NCBI GenBank assembly: GCA_025839675.1
Contig: CP104013.1
Location: 4,410,001-4,442,000, forward strand
DNA length: 32,000 nucleotides
Direction: 5' to 3'
Origin: Candidatus Lokiarchaeum ossiferum
Lineage (GTDB): Archaea > Asgardarchaeota > Lokiarchaeia > Sigyniarchaeales > Promethearchaeaceae
Positions 22,964 through 31,984 of this stretch are shown in pieces. The notes beneath the pieces were generated by a model. The model had not been told where the DNA came from and ran no database searches. It saw only the letters and a list, made by a program, of their open reading frames with translations. Positions within the stretch are counted from its first letter, which is position 1. Every line of letters starts with the position of its first letter. Made by a program: the position numbers and the translations under genes.

Positions 22964-24133
22964 ATGGGTGTAAAATTGAAATCTCTCATCATTAGTGAAA
23001 GAAAAGAAATTGATGATATAAAGGGATCCAAGATCGCGGTGGATGGCATGAATGTACTATTTCAAATTTTGTATAATCCCATCCAAATGCAAAAAAAATT
23101 ACCTGATACATTTTATCTGGATTCCACCCGTCGTGTTATCACCCATCTCTATGGATGGATGCAAAAGATTAAATATTTTTATAAACATCAGATTCTTCCC
23201 ATCGTAGTTTTTGATGGAAAACCCGATCCATTCAAGCGTCTTAGTACTAAGGATTATGCACGGGATTTCCTTGCGGTCGAAAAAATGTACAAAGATTGCA
23301 TAGATAAAGGGGAAAAAGCACTCGCAAAACGTCACGCACTCAGTCGTTCTTATATGTTCATGAATTGTGTTCATGAGTCTAAAATTTTGTTGGAAGCCTG
23401 TGGAATTCCAGTCCTAATGGCTCCTTCAGAAGCGGAAGCTCAATGTGTGTCATTACAACAACAAGGATTAGTGGACTATGTGCTTTCCAATGATTATGAT
23501 GTTCTCCTATTTGGAGCTACCAAGGTTATCAGAAAATTAACTTTCCAAAGCCGAAAAAAAATCAAAGGTAAGTGGACAATTTATAAACCAGAGATCGAAA
23601 TTTTGGATGGTCCTGCTAACTTGAAACGACTTGGAATAAATCTCCATCAGTTAATCGATTTGAGCATTCTTTTAGGGAATGATTATTTCTCGGGAATTGC
23701 TGGAATTGGTTCAAAAAAGGCTCTGGAATCCCTTGAATATTATGGATCTATTGAAAAAATGCTCTTATCTCATCCAAATAGGTTTTCTGGGCTATCGATA
23801 AATAAATTGCACAAAATTAGAAATTTATTTTTAAATCCTGAAAACATTAAGATCTCCGAATTGTCCTTCAAAACCTTCAACGAATCAAAATTACATGAAT
23901 TACTTCTGAAAGATCATTCTCTTAATCCAGAAAAAGTCAAGAGGAATATAGTATCACTTCACGCACTTCATGACAAAGTGTGTAAAAAAAAAAATTTATC
24001 TCATCCGCAAAGTGCTCAAAAAGTCTTTCCTCCTTTTAACAAGCACCTCCAACGTCGTTTGGATCGAGCAAAAAAAAAAAGAAATCTACCCGATCTTCCA
24101 TCGCTGTCCTTCACTTCCGCTGATCACCTATGA
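22964..24133 (+). CDS. fen: Flap endonuclease 1 (FEN-1/XPG family)
   Basis: 'MGVKLKSLI...IAVDGMNVLFQ', 'VFDGKPDPFK', 'APSEAEAQCVSLQQQGLVDYVLSNDYDVLLFGA' and H3TH 'LGNDYFSGIAGIGSKKALE'. A GGAGGA Shine-Dalgarno lies 9 nt upstream of the ATG. Confidence 0.92.
   Translation: MGVKLKSLIISERKEIDDIKGSKIAVDGMNVLFQILYNPIQMQKKLPDTFYLDSTRRVITHLYGWMQKIKYFYKHQILPIVVFDGKPDPFKRLSTKDYARDFLAVEKMYKDCIDKGEKALAKRHALSRSYMFMNCVHESKILLEACGIPVLMAPSEAEAQCVSLQQQGLVDYVLSNDYDVLLFGATKVIRKLTFQSRKKIKGKWTIYKPEIEILDGPANLKRLGINLHQLIDLSILLGNDYFSGIAGIGSKKALESLEYYGSIEKMLLSHPNRFSGLSINKLHKIRNLFLNPENIKISELSFKTFNESKLHELLLKDHSLNPEKVKRNIVSLHALHDKVCKKKNLSHPQSAQKVFPPFNKHLQRRLDRAKKKRNLPDLPSLSFTSADHL
23984..23994 (+). repeat. A11 homopolymer in the FEN-1 C-terminal tail (KKKN)
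   Basis: Counted directly. Confidence 0.9.
24070..24080 (+). repeat. A11 homopolymer in the FEN-1 C-terminal tail, immediately after the PIP-like QRRLDR
   Basis: Counted directly. Confidence 0.9.
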
Positions 24134-24167
24134 ACCTTTTAAATAATATAAGCACAGAATTTTACAT

Positions 24168-25055
24168 ATGAGTTTAAAATTGCTCAAACCAATTACCTTG
24201 GCCGATAAACAGCTATTTCAAAAATTTCTTCAGCAATCAAATTATCCTATCTCTGAATACACCTTTCCAAATTTGTACATATGGCGCAATTATTACAATT
24301 TTCAGTGGATTGTCTATAATGAGACTCTCCTTTTATTCCAAAAAACACCGAATGATGGTTTAATTGCTTTTCCTCCTCTTGCTTCATCGATGAAAGTAGC
24401 ATATCAAACATTAATGCGATATTTTAACGATAATGATCTCGCTCCAGAAATCCACAGAATTCCTGAATGTGCACTTCAAATTTTACGAGAGTTAGATTTA
24501 GGGGGAACTATCATGGAAGATCGTGACAATTGGGATTATATTCATGAAAAAATTCAACTGGCTACGCTTTCTGGGAAGAAATATCAAAACATACGGAAAA
24601 AATTGAATAAATTTGAACATCGCAACAATTGGAAGTACGAAGCCATATCTTCCGAAAATGTTGAAGAGATCTTCGATATGCAAAATGAATGGTGCGACTT
24701 CCGATCCTGTAGTGAAAATGCATCATTAAATCAAGAAAATCAAGGAATTATCGAATTACTAAATAATTGGAACGATTTTGAGTTAATGGGAGGTGTGATC
24801 AGAATTGATGGTGTTATTGCAGCTTTCACAATTGGAGAATGTCTCCCTAAAGACTGGATGGTTATTCACGTGGAAAAAGGAGATGTTAATTTTGATGGAA
24901 TTTATCAAGCGATAAACTATAATTTCATAAAAAATATCCCCAATACGATATTGTGGGTCAACCGTGAGCAAGATTTGGGTCATGAAAGTCTTCGAGAGGC
25001 TAAAATGCGGTATCATCCCGATCATTTTAGTAAAAAATACACTTATTGGAAATGA
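24168..25055 (+). CDS. DUF2156-domain protein (MprF/LysX C-terminal-like, GNAT-related fold)
   Basis: 'SEYTFPNLYIWRNYY', followed by 'FPPL' and 'GKKYQNIRKKLNKF', matches my recollection of DUF2156. Confidence 0.55.
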   Translation: MSLKLLKPITLADKQLFQKFLQQSNYPISEYTFPNLYIWRNYYNFQWIVYNETLLLFQKTPNDGLIAFPPLASSMKVAYQTLMRYFNDNDLAPEIHRIPECALQILRELDLGGTIMEDRDNWDYIHEKIQLATLSGKKYQNIRKKLNKFEHRNNWKYEAISSENVEEIFDMQNEWCDFRSCSENASLNQENQGIIELLNNWNDFELMGGVIRIDGVIAAFTIGECLPKDWMVIHVEKGDVNFDGIYQAINYNFIKNIPNTILWVNREQDLGHESLREAKMRYHPDHFSKKYTYWK

Positions 25056-25194
25056 GCTGTCATTTTGAATAAAAAGAAGAAAAAATAGTTCTAAAAAATC
25101 TGAAAGTGAAAATTTTAAAATGCTTCGAGTCTTACTAAAACGAATAGTCGAAATATGATTTTTCTCTTTAAATAGAAGGAAATTAATATTAAAT

Positions 25195-26778
25195 ATGGAA
25201 TCGTTTCTTCCTAAAGAGTCTCAAAATTCATATCTTTGCTCAGATTGTTCATCAAAGCTTAAAACTGATCCAATTGGTTGGTTAAATCATATGCAAGAAT
25301 TTTCTCTCGATATGCTCAGCTATAATTTTCTCGAACTTCTTGGAGAATATCAGAAAATCCTTTTAGACCATAAAAGGTTTGGAAAATTTGATTTACAAAA
25401 AGCTAAATATATGATTACGCGCTATGAGCACATCTTTTCAGCTCATACTCTCGATTTTTTAAATGATTACATTAAATCGTCTGAAATTTCGGAACTTGAA
25501 AAATTTAAATGGTCTCTAACTCGCGATTTAGTTTTAGAATATAAAGCCCAATTCTTACTTTTTGAAGATGTCTTTAATATTCAATATAAAAAACATATGA
25601 TGAGTGTTCCTCTTGAAGGAAAACAGTCTGTTCCGGTATCTAAAGCACTTTCAATGATTTTTGATCAAAATAATCCTGATTCACATGTTATCATGCAATC
25701 TTATATTCGTGAAATGGACAAATTAAATCCGATTTATTTAAAAATTATCAATAAGTATCAATCCCAAGCCCAACTTTATGGTTATGCTTCCTTTTTAGAT
25801 TTAATGAAAGATAATCATCAAATGGATCTTGATCGTATTTATTCCAAAACAAGGGAGTTTTTGAAGTCATCTTTTACGACCTATCAAGAAAAATTAACAA
25901 GCCTAAGTAAACCTTATTTGGGTAAAACATGGAATGAAGTATCCTACGCAGATATGTGGAAATTATTCTCCGGGTTTTGGCTTCCTCATCAACCTATCAC
26001 AGGTGAAAAGATGGTTTCATTTTTCAATAAAACTTGTAATCATCTTGGTTATCAATTTGAAGGCAATTCATTGATTGAAATTGATCTTGATTCTCGAAGC
26101 GGTAAACTGGGGAATTCTTATTGTGGCTTTCCCCTCGGGGAAAAGAATAAAAAAATTGTGTTAGTTGTTTATCCCTATTTTCACCATAATGATTTATCTA
26201 CTTTTCATCATGAATCAGGTCACGCAATTCATTTGTCGAATATTTCTCCTTCCTTATCTCCTCTTTTTCGCGCCATTGGTGATTTCGCAGTTGCAGAAAC
26301 ACCCGCATATTTATTTCAAAAATTGCTCCATAAACCATCCTATATTGAAGATATTCTAAGCTATTCTTATGAACACGCCCAAAAATTTGCTCAGTATTAT
26401 TCCTTTATTCATTTATATAAACAAAGGAAATTGTGTTCCCAATTTATTTTTCTTTATAACATTTTTCAGAATTCGTGGCAATTGACTCCTACGCAATTTG
26501 AAAAGATTTTTTATGACGCTGAACAACAATATAAACTTGATTTTGGCTTTGAACGGAAATGCTATGATTTTGTGCACATGGTAGAAGAAAAACCCTTCAT
26601 TGCAGCTCATTATTTGAGAGCTGAAAACGCTTCTTCCATAATTGAATCAAGGCTGACTTCGAAATTTGGCTTAAAATGGTGGAATTCGGAAAATGCAGGG
26701 AAATTTTTGCAAGAAAGATATTTTTCACACGGATTTGGTAAGTCTCTTGAATTTCTTCTTCAAAATTTTATGAAGTAA
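25195..26778 (+). CDS. Zinc metallopeptidase, M3 (oligoendopeptidase F-like) family
   Basis: HExxH 'FHHESGHAIH' with a downstream 'FAVAETPAYLFQ', a third-ligand Glu context like M3B 'AEvAS..nE'. The size (527 aa) also fits. Confidence 0.6.
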   Translation: MESFLPKESQNSYLCSDCSSKLKTDPIGWLNHMQEFSLDMLSYNFLELLGEYQKILLDHKRFGKFDLQKAKYMITRYEHIFSAHTLDFLNDYIKSSEISELEKFKWSLTRDLVLEYKAQFLLFEDVFNIQYKKHMMSVPLEGKQSVPVSKALSMIFDQNNPDSHVIMQSYIREMDKLNPIYLKIINKYQSQAQLYGYASFLDLMKDNHQMDLDRIYSKTREFLKSSFTTYQEKLTSLSKPYLGKTWNEVSYADMWKLFSGFWLPHQPITGEKMVSFFNKTCNHLGYQFEGNSLIEIDLDSRSGKLGNSYCGFPLGEKNKKIVLVVYPYFHHNDLSTFHHESGHAIHLSNISPSLSPLFRAIGDFAVAETPAYLFQKLLHKPSYIEDILSYSYEHAQKFAQYYSFIHLYKQRKLCSQFIFLYNIFQNSWQLTPTQFEKIFYDAEQQYKLDFGFERKCYDFVHMVEEKPFIAAHYLRAENASSIIESRLTSKFGLKWWNSENAGKFLQERYFSHGFGKSLEFLLQNFMK

Positions 26779-27571
26779 CGATTGTTCATATATTGTCCTA
26801 CGAAGATACAATTTTAGAAAATATTATCTAAAAAAATTCACTAAAAATTTAATAAGAAAAACTGTGAATCCAATTTCATTTTCAATTGGGAAGTTGTATT
26901 TTCTTTTCTGTTGTTGAATAATTCAACGTTTAAATTTGGGACCGATAATCCTTTTTTGGCTTGGAAATGAAACAATTATTCACCTATATAAATGATGGTA
27001 AGATGCTATAGAGATAATCCGAATTAAATCATTTCGAGTTTTAAAACTCAGTTAAGAAGGAGTTTTACCTTTAATTATATAGATAAGTACTATTATAGGT
27101 GAAACTAAAAATGAAAAAACAAATTACCTTCGTAAAACCAATGCCTGAACGCTTCATTTTCATTGCATAAAATGAAAAATGAGCACAAAAGTGTTCGTTG
27201 CCCTTTTTTTCTCTCTCTTCAATATTTTATTAACTTCGAAATAAACTATTCATTTTTCTCCGAAATATCGTAGGTATCTTAATATATTTTAACTCTTGAT
27301 GAAAAAATCTATGGATATTCTGAAAAAAGTCTTGGTATTCTTCGACAATTTTGTCAAAACTAATCGTATTTGGGAAACATCGCAAGAATTTCTAGAGATT
27401 GGATCGATATTGTTATAATAATATTTCGAAAGGAGATTAAACCCTTTTTTTTTGTCTTAGTTTTGATGATCATTAGAATGTGTTTTGGAAATATTCCAAG
27501 ATACAAGCTATATAATTTCAAGTTCAATATTTGATATTAGTAAGTAAACAACAATACAAATACTCTCGGAT

Positions 27572-27754
27572 ATGAATGAAACCATGCCAAACATCGAAAT
27601 TGACTTTCAAAAATTTCTTCCAAGCTTAGGAACTTTCTATAATTACTTTGAAATCTTAAAAGAACATCATTTTATCCACGATATTCAAGTAGTACAAGCT
27701 GAGGGAAATCCGATGCTCCGAGTGTTCCGTAATGATGAACTAAAGTTAATATAA
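27572..27754 (+). CDS. Hypothetical small protein (60 aa)
   Basis: This is the only ORF of 60 aa or more in a 1.15-kb gap. A TATA-like 'CTATATAAT' lies about 60 nt upstream. No motif recognised. Confidence 0.3.
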   Translation: MNETMPNIEIDFQKFLPSLGTFYNYFEILKEHHFIHDIQVVQAEGNPMLRVFRNDELKLI

Positions 27755-27925
27755 TCAACTGTATTTTTTTTACATCTTCCGCTTATTCATTTTATCACAC
27801 AGTTTCTGGGAAGGATAGCTAATTATTCCTTCTCCAGAATCCCTTTCATTTTTATGAGAATTTTTGGTTGACAAGAAACACAAAATATAAAGGGTTTTGT
27901 TGAGTTATTGGATTGAAGGGAAATA

Positions 27926-28753
27926 ATGGACTCAAAAATAACGATTACCATCTTGGGATCCGGTACGCCAAACATTTTTACAGATCGTGAAGGTCCAGCG
28001 ATTAGTATCTCTGTTAATGACAAAGTGTATGTTTTTGATGCAGGTCGCGGAATAATACGACGTGCCCTCCAAGCAAATATTCCGTTTGATAAGTTAAGTA
28101 ACTTATTTCTTACCCATCTACATAGTGATCACACAGTTGGCATCCCTGATTTTATTTTTACTGCAGGAGTTATCGGTAGAACTGGACCTTTTCATGTGTA
28201 TGGGCCGTTAGGGACCCAAAACATGATCGATCATATCATGGCTGCATATAAGGACGATTTACGAATTCGCATTGGAGGTTTGGAACAAGCAAATAATGCG
28301 ATTTATGAATATCAGATTGAAGAAATCGCCCATGATTGGATATTTCAAGACGGGAATGTGAGTATTACCGCATTTTCTGTTCATCATGGAGATTGGGACT
28401 GTTTTGGGTATAAAATTCTTGTTGGTGAAAAATCAATTATTATCTCCGGAGATACTTGTCCTTGTCAAAATTTAATTGATCAAGCCACAGGATGCGATAT
28501 TTTAATCCATGAAGTTTATTCCTATAAAGGTTTTCAAGAAAAAAATCCAAAATGGCAATCGTATCATTCAATTATGCATACATCGTCAAAAGAACTTGGG
28601 GAACTTGCCTCCATTGTTCACCCCAAAACGCTTGTTTTATATCATCAACTCTATTGGACTGGCTCTGATGAAGATATTATTCTTGATATTAAAGAAAAAT
28701 ATAAAGGAAAAATTATTTCAGCCAAAGATTTAGAATCAATTACTCTGAAGTAA
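27926..28753 (+). CDS. MBL-fold hydrolase, RNase Z/ElaC-like subgroup
   Basis: 'ILGSGTP', 'VFDAGRG', 'LFLTHLHSDHTVGIPDF', 'HVYGPLG' and 'HH..D'. At 275 aa it is shorter than canonical RNase Z, so the specific activity is uncertain. Confidence 0.6.
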   Translation: MDSKITITILGSGTPNIFTDREGPAISISVNDKVYVFDAGRGIIRRALQANIPFDKLSNLFLTHLHSDHTVGIPDFIFTAGVIGRTGPFHVYGPLGTQNMIDHIMAAYKDDLRIRIGGLEQANNAIYEYQIEEIAHDWIFQDGNVSITAFSVHHGDWDCFGYKILVGEKSIIISGDTCPCQNLIDQATGCDILIHEVYSYKGFQEKNPKWQSYHSIMHTSSKELGELASIVHPKTLVLYHQLYWTGSDEDIILDIKEKYKGKIISAKDLESITLK

Positions 28754-28857
28754 TGAAATTAAGCTTTCAAAAAATAAGTTTGAGGTCATTATTTTTCACA
28801 GGCAAGATCAAAATTGATTATTTGATTTTATTTTAGTTCTTCTTGATTTACTACATC

Positions 28858-29763
28858 CTAATTGATTGTACGTAAACGATTAACGAGAAGATCATCCTTT
28901 ATGATTTGATTTTTCATTTGCATTAATTCATTGACGTCCCAGTTACTACTCAAGTACCGTCCTTTAGCCCAATCGGCTTTGCCTGAAGCAAGCCAAACTA
29001 TGAATCCTGCTGCTAATTCCGGTTTGTCAATCAGATAAGGATGCATTTCTTCGGGCATTTTTTTTCCTAAGCTTGTAGGAACACCTCCAGGATGAATTGC
29101 AAAGCATTTAATGCCATCGTCTGCATGATCAACATTTATAAATTCGCAAAGACGATTAACTGCGTGCTTGGATGTTTGATAATCTGATGCTCCAGGAGTT
29201 AACAGTTGTGCACCAACCGACGAAATTAAGATTAAATGACCGCTTGTCAATCCTTTGGTCGAATACTTACGTGCAGATTTAATGAGATGTGGTAAGCAAA
29301 AACGAGCCACAAGATACGTACCTTTTAAATTGACTTCCCATGATTTCCACCAACCATTGATGTTTGATTCCCCGATCTTATCCCATTTGCCAAGATAGCC
29401 TGCATTGGCATCAGCAACATCGATTCCGTCGAATTTGGATACACAGTCTTCAACAGCTGACTTAACTTGATCGTCAATAGTCACGTCACACACCTTATAT
29501 GTACATTGTGTCTTCGAGTTCACCTCCAATATTTTACTCTTCGTTTTTTCAAGTCCTTTTACTGACCTTGCAATGAGATATATTGCTTCCGCACCTGCCT
29601 GAGCAAAAGCGACTGCTGTTGCTTGCCCAATACCCTGTGAAGCGCCTGAAATAAAAATAATTTTACCCGATGCACTTCCTTTCAGAGTTGTCTTTGGATC
29701 GATTTCTGAATATAGTGAGTGATGACTTTTAAGATTCAGAAATTGTGTTTGAATTGATGACAT
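28858..29763 (-). CDS. Short-chain dehydrogenase/reductase (SDR)
   Basis: Cofactor motif 'ISGASQGIGQATA', catalytic 'YQTSKHA' (YxxxK) and 'NAG'. Confidence 0.85.
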   Translation of the reverse strand: MSSIQTQFLNLKSHHSLYSEIDPKTTLKGSASGKIIFISGASQGIGQATAVAFAQAGAEAIYLIARSVKGLEKTKSKILEVNSKTQCTYKVCDVTIDDQVKSAVEDCVSKFDGIDVADANAGYLGKWDKIGESNINGWWKSWEVNLKGTYLVARFCLPHLIKSARKYSTKGLTSGHLILISSVGAQLLTPGASDYQTSKHAVNRLCEFINVDHADDGIKCFAIHPGGVPTSLGKKMPEEMHPYLIDKPELAAGFIVWLASGKADWAKGRYLSSNWDVNELMQMKNQIIKDDLLVNRLRTIN

Positions 29764-29832
29764 TATCTTTTCTCCATTTTTGAAATTTTATAATCACTAA
29801 AAAAATATTGGTGTTTCATTGTTATAAGAAAT

Positions 29833-30756
29833 TTATTCAAGGGCTGGAGCGAATTCCATCGGATTAATACCACTCGCAGCCCAAGCTATAGCTTGATTCT
29901 GATTTAGTTGATCCAATCGTTCTATGTCCCCCTTAGGAATTTCAAAATCAAATACTCTTAAATTTTCTCGAATGCGTGTTGGTTTACTGCTTTTCGTTAA
30001 TACTGAGTAACCATGCTGTAATCCCCATCGAAGAAGTAATTGAGCTTCTGATACATCAAGTTTCTTAGCAATTTCTTTGATGATCAACTGTCCTTCTTCT
30101 TTTTTCTCTGCAAGCACTTCCCCTCCTTGTCCTTTTTCAACCCTCCAAGTGGAAAGAGGTGCTAACGAGCTATAGGCAATCGGTTCAATGGAATTTTCCT
30201 TCATGTACTTTGTCAAATTAATCTGGGCGCAAATCGGGTGGAATTCCACCTGGTTTGCTTCAGGTTTTTCCAGACCTTTGTCAAGTATTTCTCGTATTCT
30301 ATCTTCATTATAGTTTGAAACTCCAATATATTTAGCTAACCCTTGTTTTTTAAGTTCAATTAAAGCTTTCCATTGTTCAATCCTCAATTCAGAAAGTGGA
30401 GCATGTATTAAGTAAAGATCAACATAATTAAGCTGGAGCTGCTTTAGCTGCCTTTTTAATGTTTCAATGGTTTGATTGTAGTCTTTTTCTGTGGATCCCC
30501 ATTTCTTATACCCTGGGAAAAGCTTCGTGGTGACAAAAATATCATCCCTTGAAACACCCGTTTCTTTCAGCCCTTTTTTTATTCCTCTACCGGTTCCTTC
30601 TTCATTTTCATAGCCTTCAGCAGAGTCTATATGTCTAAATCCTGCTTTAATTGCTTCACTTACACAGAATTCTGCTTGTTTAATTGATAATTGATATGTG
30701 CCAAATCCCATAAGGGGCATACCAATTTTATTGCATGTTGATTTTGATATTTTCAT
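29833..30756 (-). CDS. Aldo-keto reductase (2,5-diketo-D-gluconate reductase-like)
   Basis: 'MPLMGFGTYQL', 'GFRHIDSAEGYENEE', 'DLYLIHAP' and 'IGVSNY'. Confidence 0.85.
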   Translation of the reverse strand: MKISKSTCNKIGMPLMGFGTYQLSIKQAEFCVSEAIKAGFRHIDSAEGYENEEGTGRGIKKGLKETGVSRDDIFVTTKLFPGYKKWGSTEKDYNQTIETLKRQLKQLQLNYVDLYLIHAPLSELRIEQWKALIELKKQGLAKYIGVSNYNEDRIREILDKGLEKPEANQVEFHPICAQINLTKYMKENSIEPIAYSSLAPLSTWRVEKGQGGEVLAEKKEEGQLIIKEIAKKLDVSEAQLLLRWGLQHGYSVLTKSSKPTRIRENLRVFDFEIPKGDIERLDQLNQNQAIAWAASGINPMEFAPALE

Positions 30757-30821
30757 TTTCCATATTCCTCTAAATAATAATTTAAGTTAGTTTCCTTTAA
30801 GTACTAAATAAGGTTTAATTA

Positions 30822-30862
30822 TAAGGTAACAAAAGATTACATTTATACTATTTGTAACCTTA
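30822..30862. promoter_or_regulatory. Inverted repeat (12-bp arms, 1 mismatch, 17-bp AT-rich spacer) in the AKR/HxlR divergent promoter; candidate HxlR operator
   Basis: TAAGGTAACAAA (30822-30833) pairs with TTTGTAACCTTA (30851-30862). The spacer contains TTTATA. An AGGTGA Shine-Dalgarno at 30871-30876 precedes ATG 30881. Confidence 0.5.
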
Positions 30863-30880
30863 AAGAAACCAGGTGATTTC

Positions 30881-31246
30881 ATGGTTACTGATAAAATACG
30901 ATGTGAAGCGATATTTTCAGAATTATCTCGAAAATGGTCAATAACAATTATTAAAGATCTTTTTCTGGGATGCAAATCCTTTAGTGATTTTTTGGTAGTT
31001 AATAAAAATTTATCAAATAAAGTCCTTTCAGAACAATTAAAGAGACTAGAAGAGCTGGGTTTCATTAAAAAAGTCATAGTCAGCACCACCCCATTAAAAG
31101 CTAATTATGTTTTATCTGAGATGGGAAAAGACCTTAATAGATTAGTCTATGAGAAGATCATGTTCGGATTACGTAATAAATTATTTGATAGAGATTATCC
31201 CTTAATTGCTGGTAAGAATCTTGAGCATGTATTTGGGATTAAGTAG
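30881..31246 (+). CDS. HxlR-type (DUF24/MarR-like) winged-helix transcriptional regulator
   Basis: 'CEAIFSELSRKWSITIIKDLFLGCKSFSDFL...LSNKVLSEQLKRLEELGFIKK...YVLSEMGKDL'. Confidence 0.8.
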   Translation: MVTDKIRCEAIFSELSRKWSITIIKDLFLGCKSFSDFLVVNKNLSNKVLSEQLKRLEELGFIKKVIVSTTPLKANYVLSEMGKDLNRLVYEKIMFGLRNKLFDRDYPLIAGKNLEHVFGIK

Positions 31247-31459
31247 GCTGTGTACTTTAAAATGATACGCCTCTTAATAAAATGAGGTAAAATCTTTTCT
31301 TTTTCTAATAAATCTGAAATGAATATATCTTCCATATTTTTAAGATTTTATAGGATCAAATTTGACCAACTAAAAGATCTTTTGAAAATTTTAAAGGTAA
31401 TGTGAGTAATATTTTCCATAACTTAGTTACTATAGATTTCTTATTGTAAGGATATAATT

Positions 31460-31984
31460 ATGGAAATTGCAAAAGAACTCATAATTCGGGATATTGAATT
31501 ATCTGATATTCAAAAAATATCCCAAATTAACGTTAATGTATGGAAATCAGCATATAAAGGCGTAATCCCTGTAAGTTATCTTGATTCTATTAATTACCAA
31601 GATAATTTCCAAGCGTGGAAAAAAATATTTAACAATCAAGGAAAGGACGAATTGTTTCTTGTTGCAGAATTAAATTCTGAAGTAATAGGGTTTGTTTGGG
31701 CTGGACCCGAAAGAGAAAAAGGTATAAAAAATCAAAGCGAATTATATGCAATTTATATTAAAGAAATAAATCAAAGAAAAGGTGTTGGAAAAAAACTATT
31801 TACAATAATCTTTGACGAATTTCAAAAGAGAGAATATCAATCAATGGTATTATGGACATTGAAAGAAAATCCCTACCGTTTTTTCTATGAATCACTAGGA
31901 GGAGAACTAAATTCTACTAAAAAAGAGGATTTTAATGGTACTAAACTCTTTTTAAGTGAGTATCATTGGATCTTAATGCCTTAG
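31460..31984 (+). CDS. GNAT-family N-acetyltransferase
   Basis: Motif A 'INQRKGVGKKLF', with the preceding beta strands 'LFLVAELNSEVIGFVWAG'. Confidence 0.8.
   Translation: MEIAKELIIRDIELSDIQKISQINVNVWKSAYKGVIPVSYLDSINYQDNFQAWKKIFNNQGKDELFLVAELNSEVIGFVWAGPEREKGIKNQSELYAIYIKEINQRKGVGKKLFTIIFDEFQKREYQSMVLWTLKENPYRFFYESLGGELNSTKKEDFNGTKLFLSEYHWILMP

Noticed and set aside
24068-24133. The idea that a +/-1 frameshift at the A11 tract would restore a canonical FEN-1 PIP box (Q-x-x-L-x-x-F-F).
   Set aside because: I translated both alternative frames after the tract (A10: ...KKKEIYPIFHRCPSLPLITYEPFK*; A12: ...KKKKKSTRSSIAVLHFR*). Neither yields an aromatic pair in register with QRRLDR.
27297-27469. 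Box C/D sRNA candidates, based on the TGATGA motifs at 27297-27302 and 27464-27469.
   Set aside because: The preceding base is T rather than a purine, and no CTGA D box lies at the appropriate 50-70 nt distance. No terminal stem is visible either.
26779-27925. Replication origin (oriC) hypothesis for the long AT-rich ORF-poor region.
   Set aside because: No orc1/cdc6 gene is adjacent, and I could not find repeated ORB-like elements. There are only two unrelated short palindromes and an 8-mer (GATAATCC) occurring twice. I kept the region as an 'unexplained region' finding rather than calling an origin.
30787-31089. 100-aa minus-strand ORF overlapping the HxlR gene and its promoter.
   Set aside because: It overlaps a clear HxlR-family CDS on the opposite strand and has no motif. 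The region is better explained as HxlR plus its operator.
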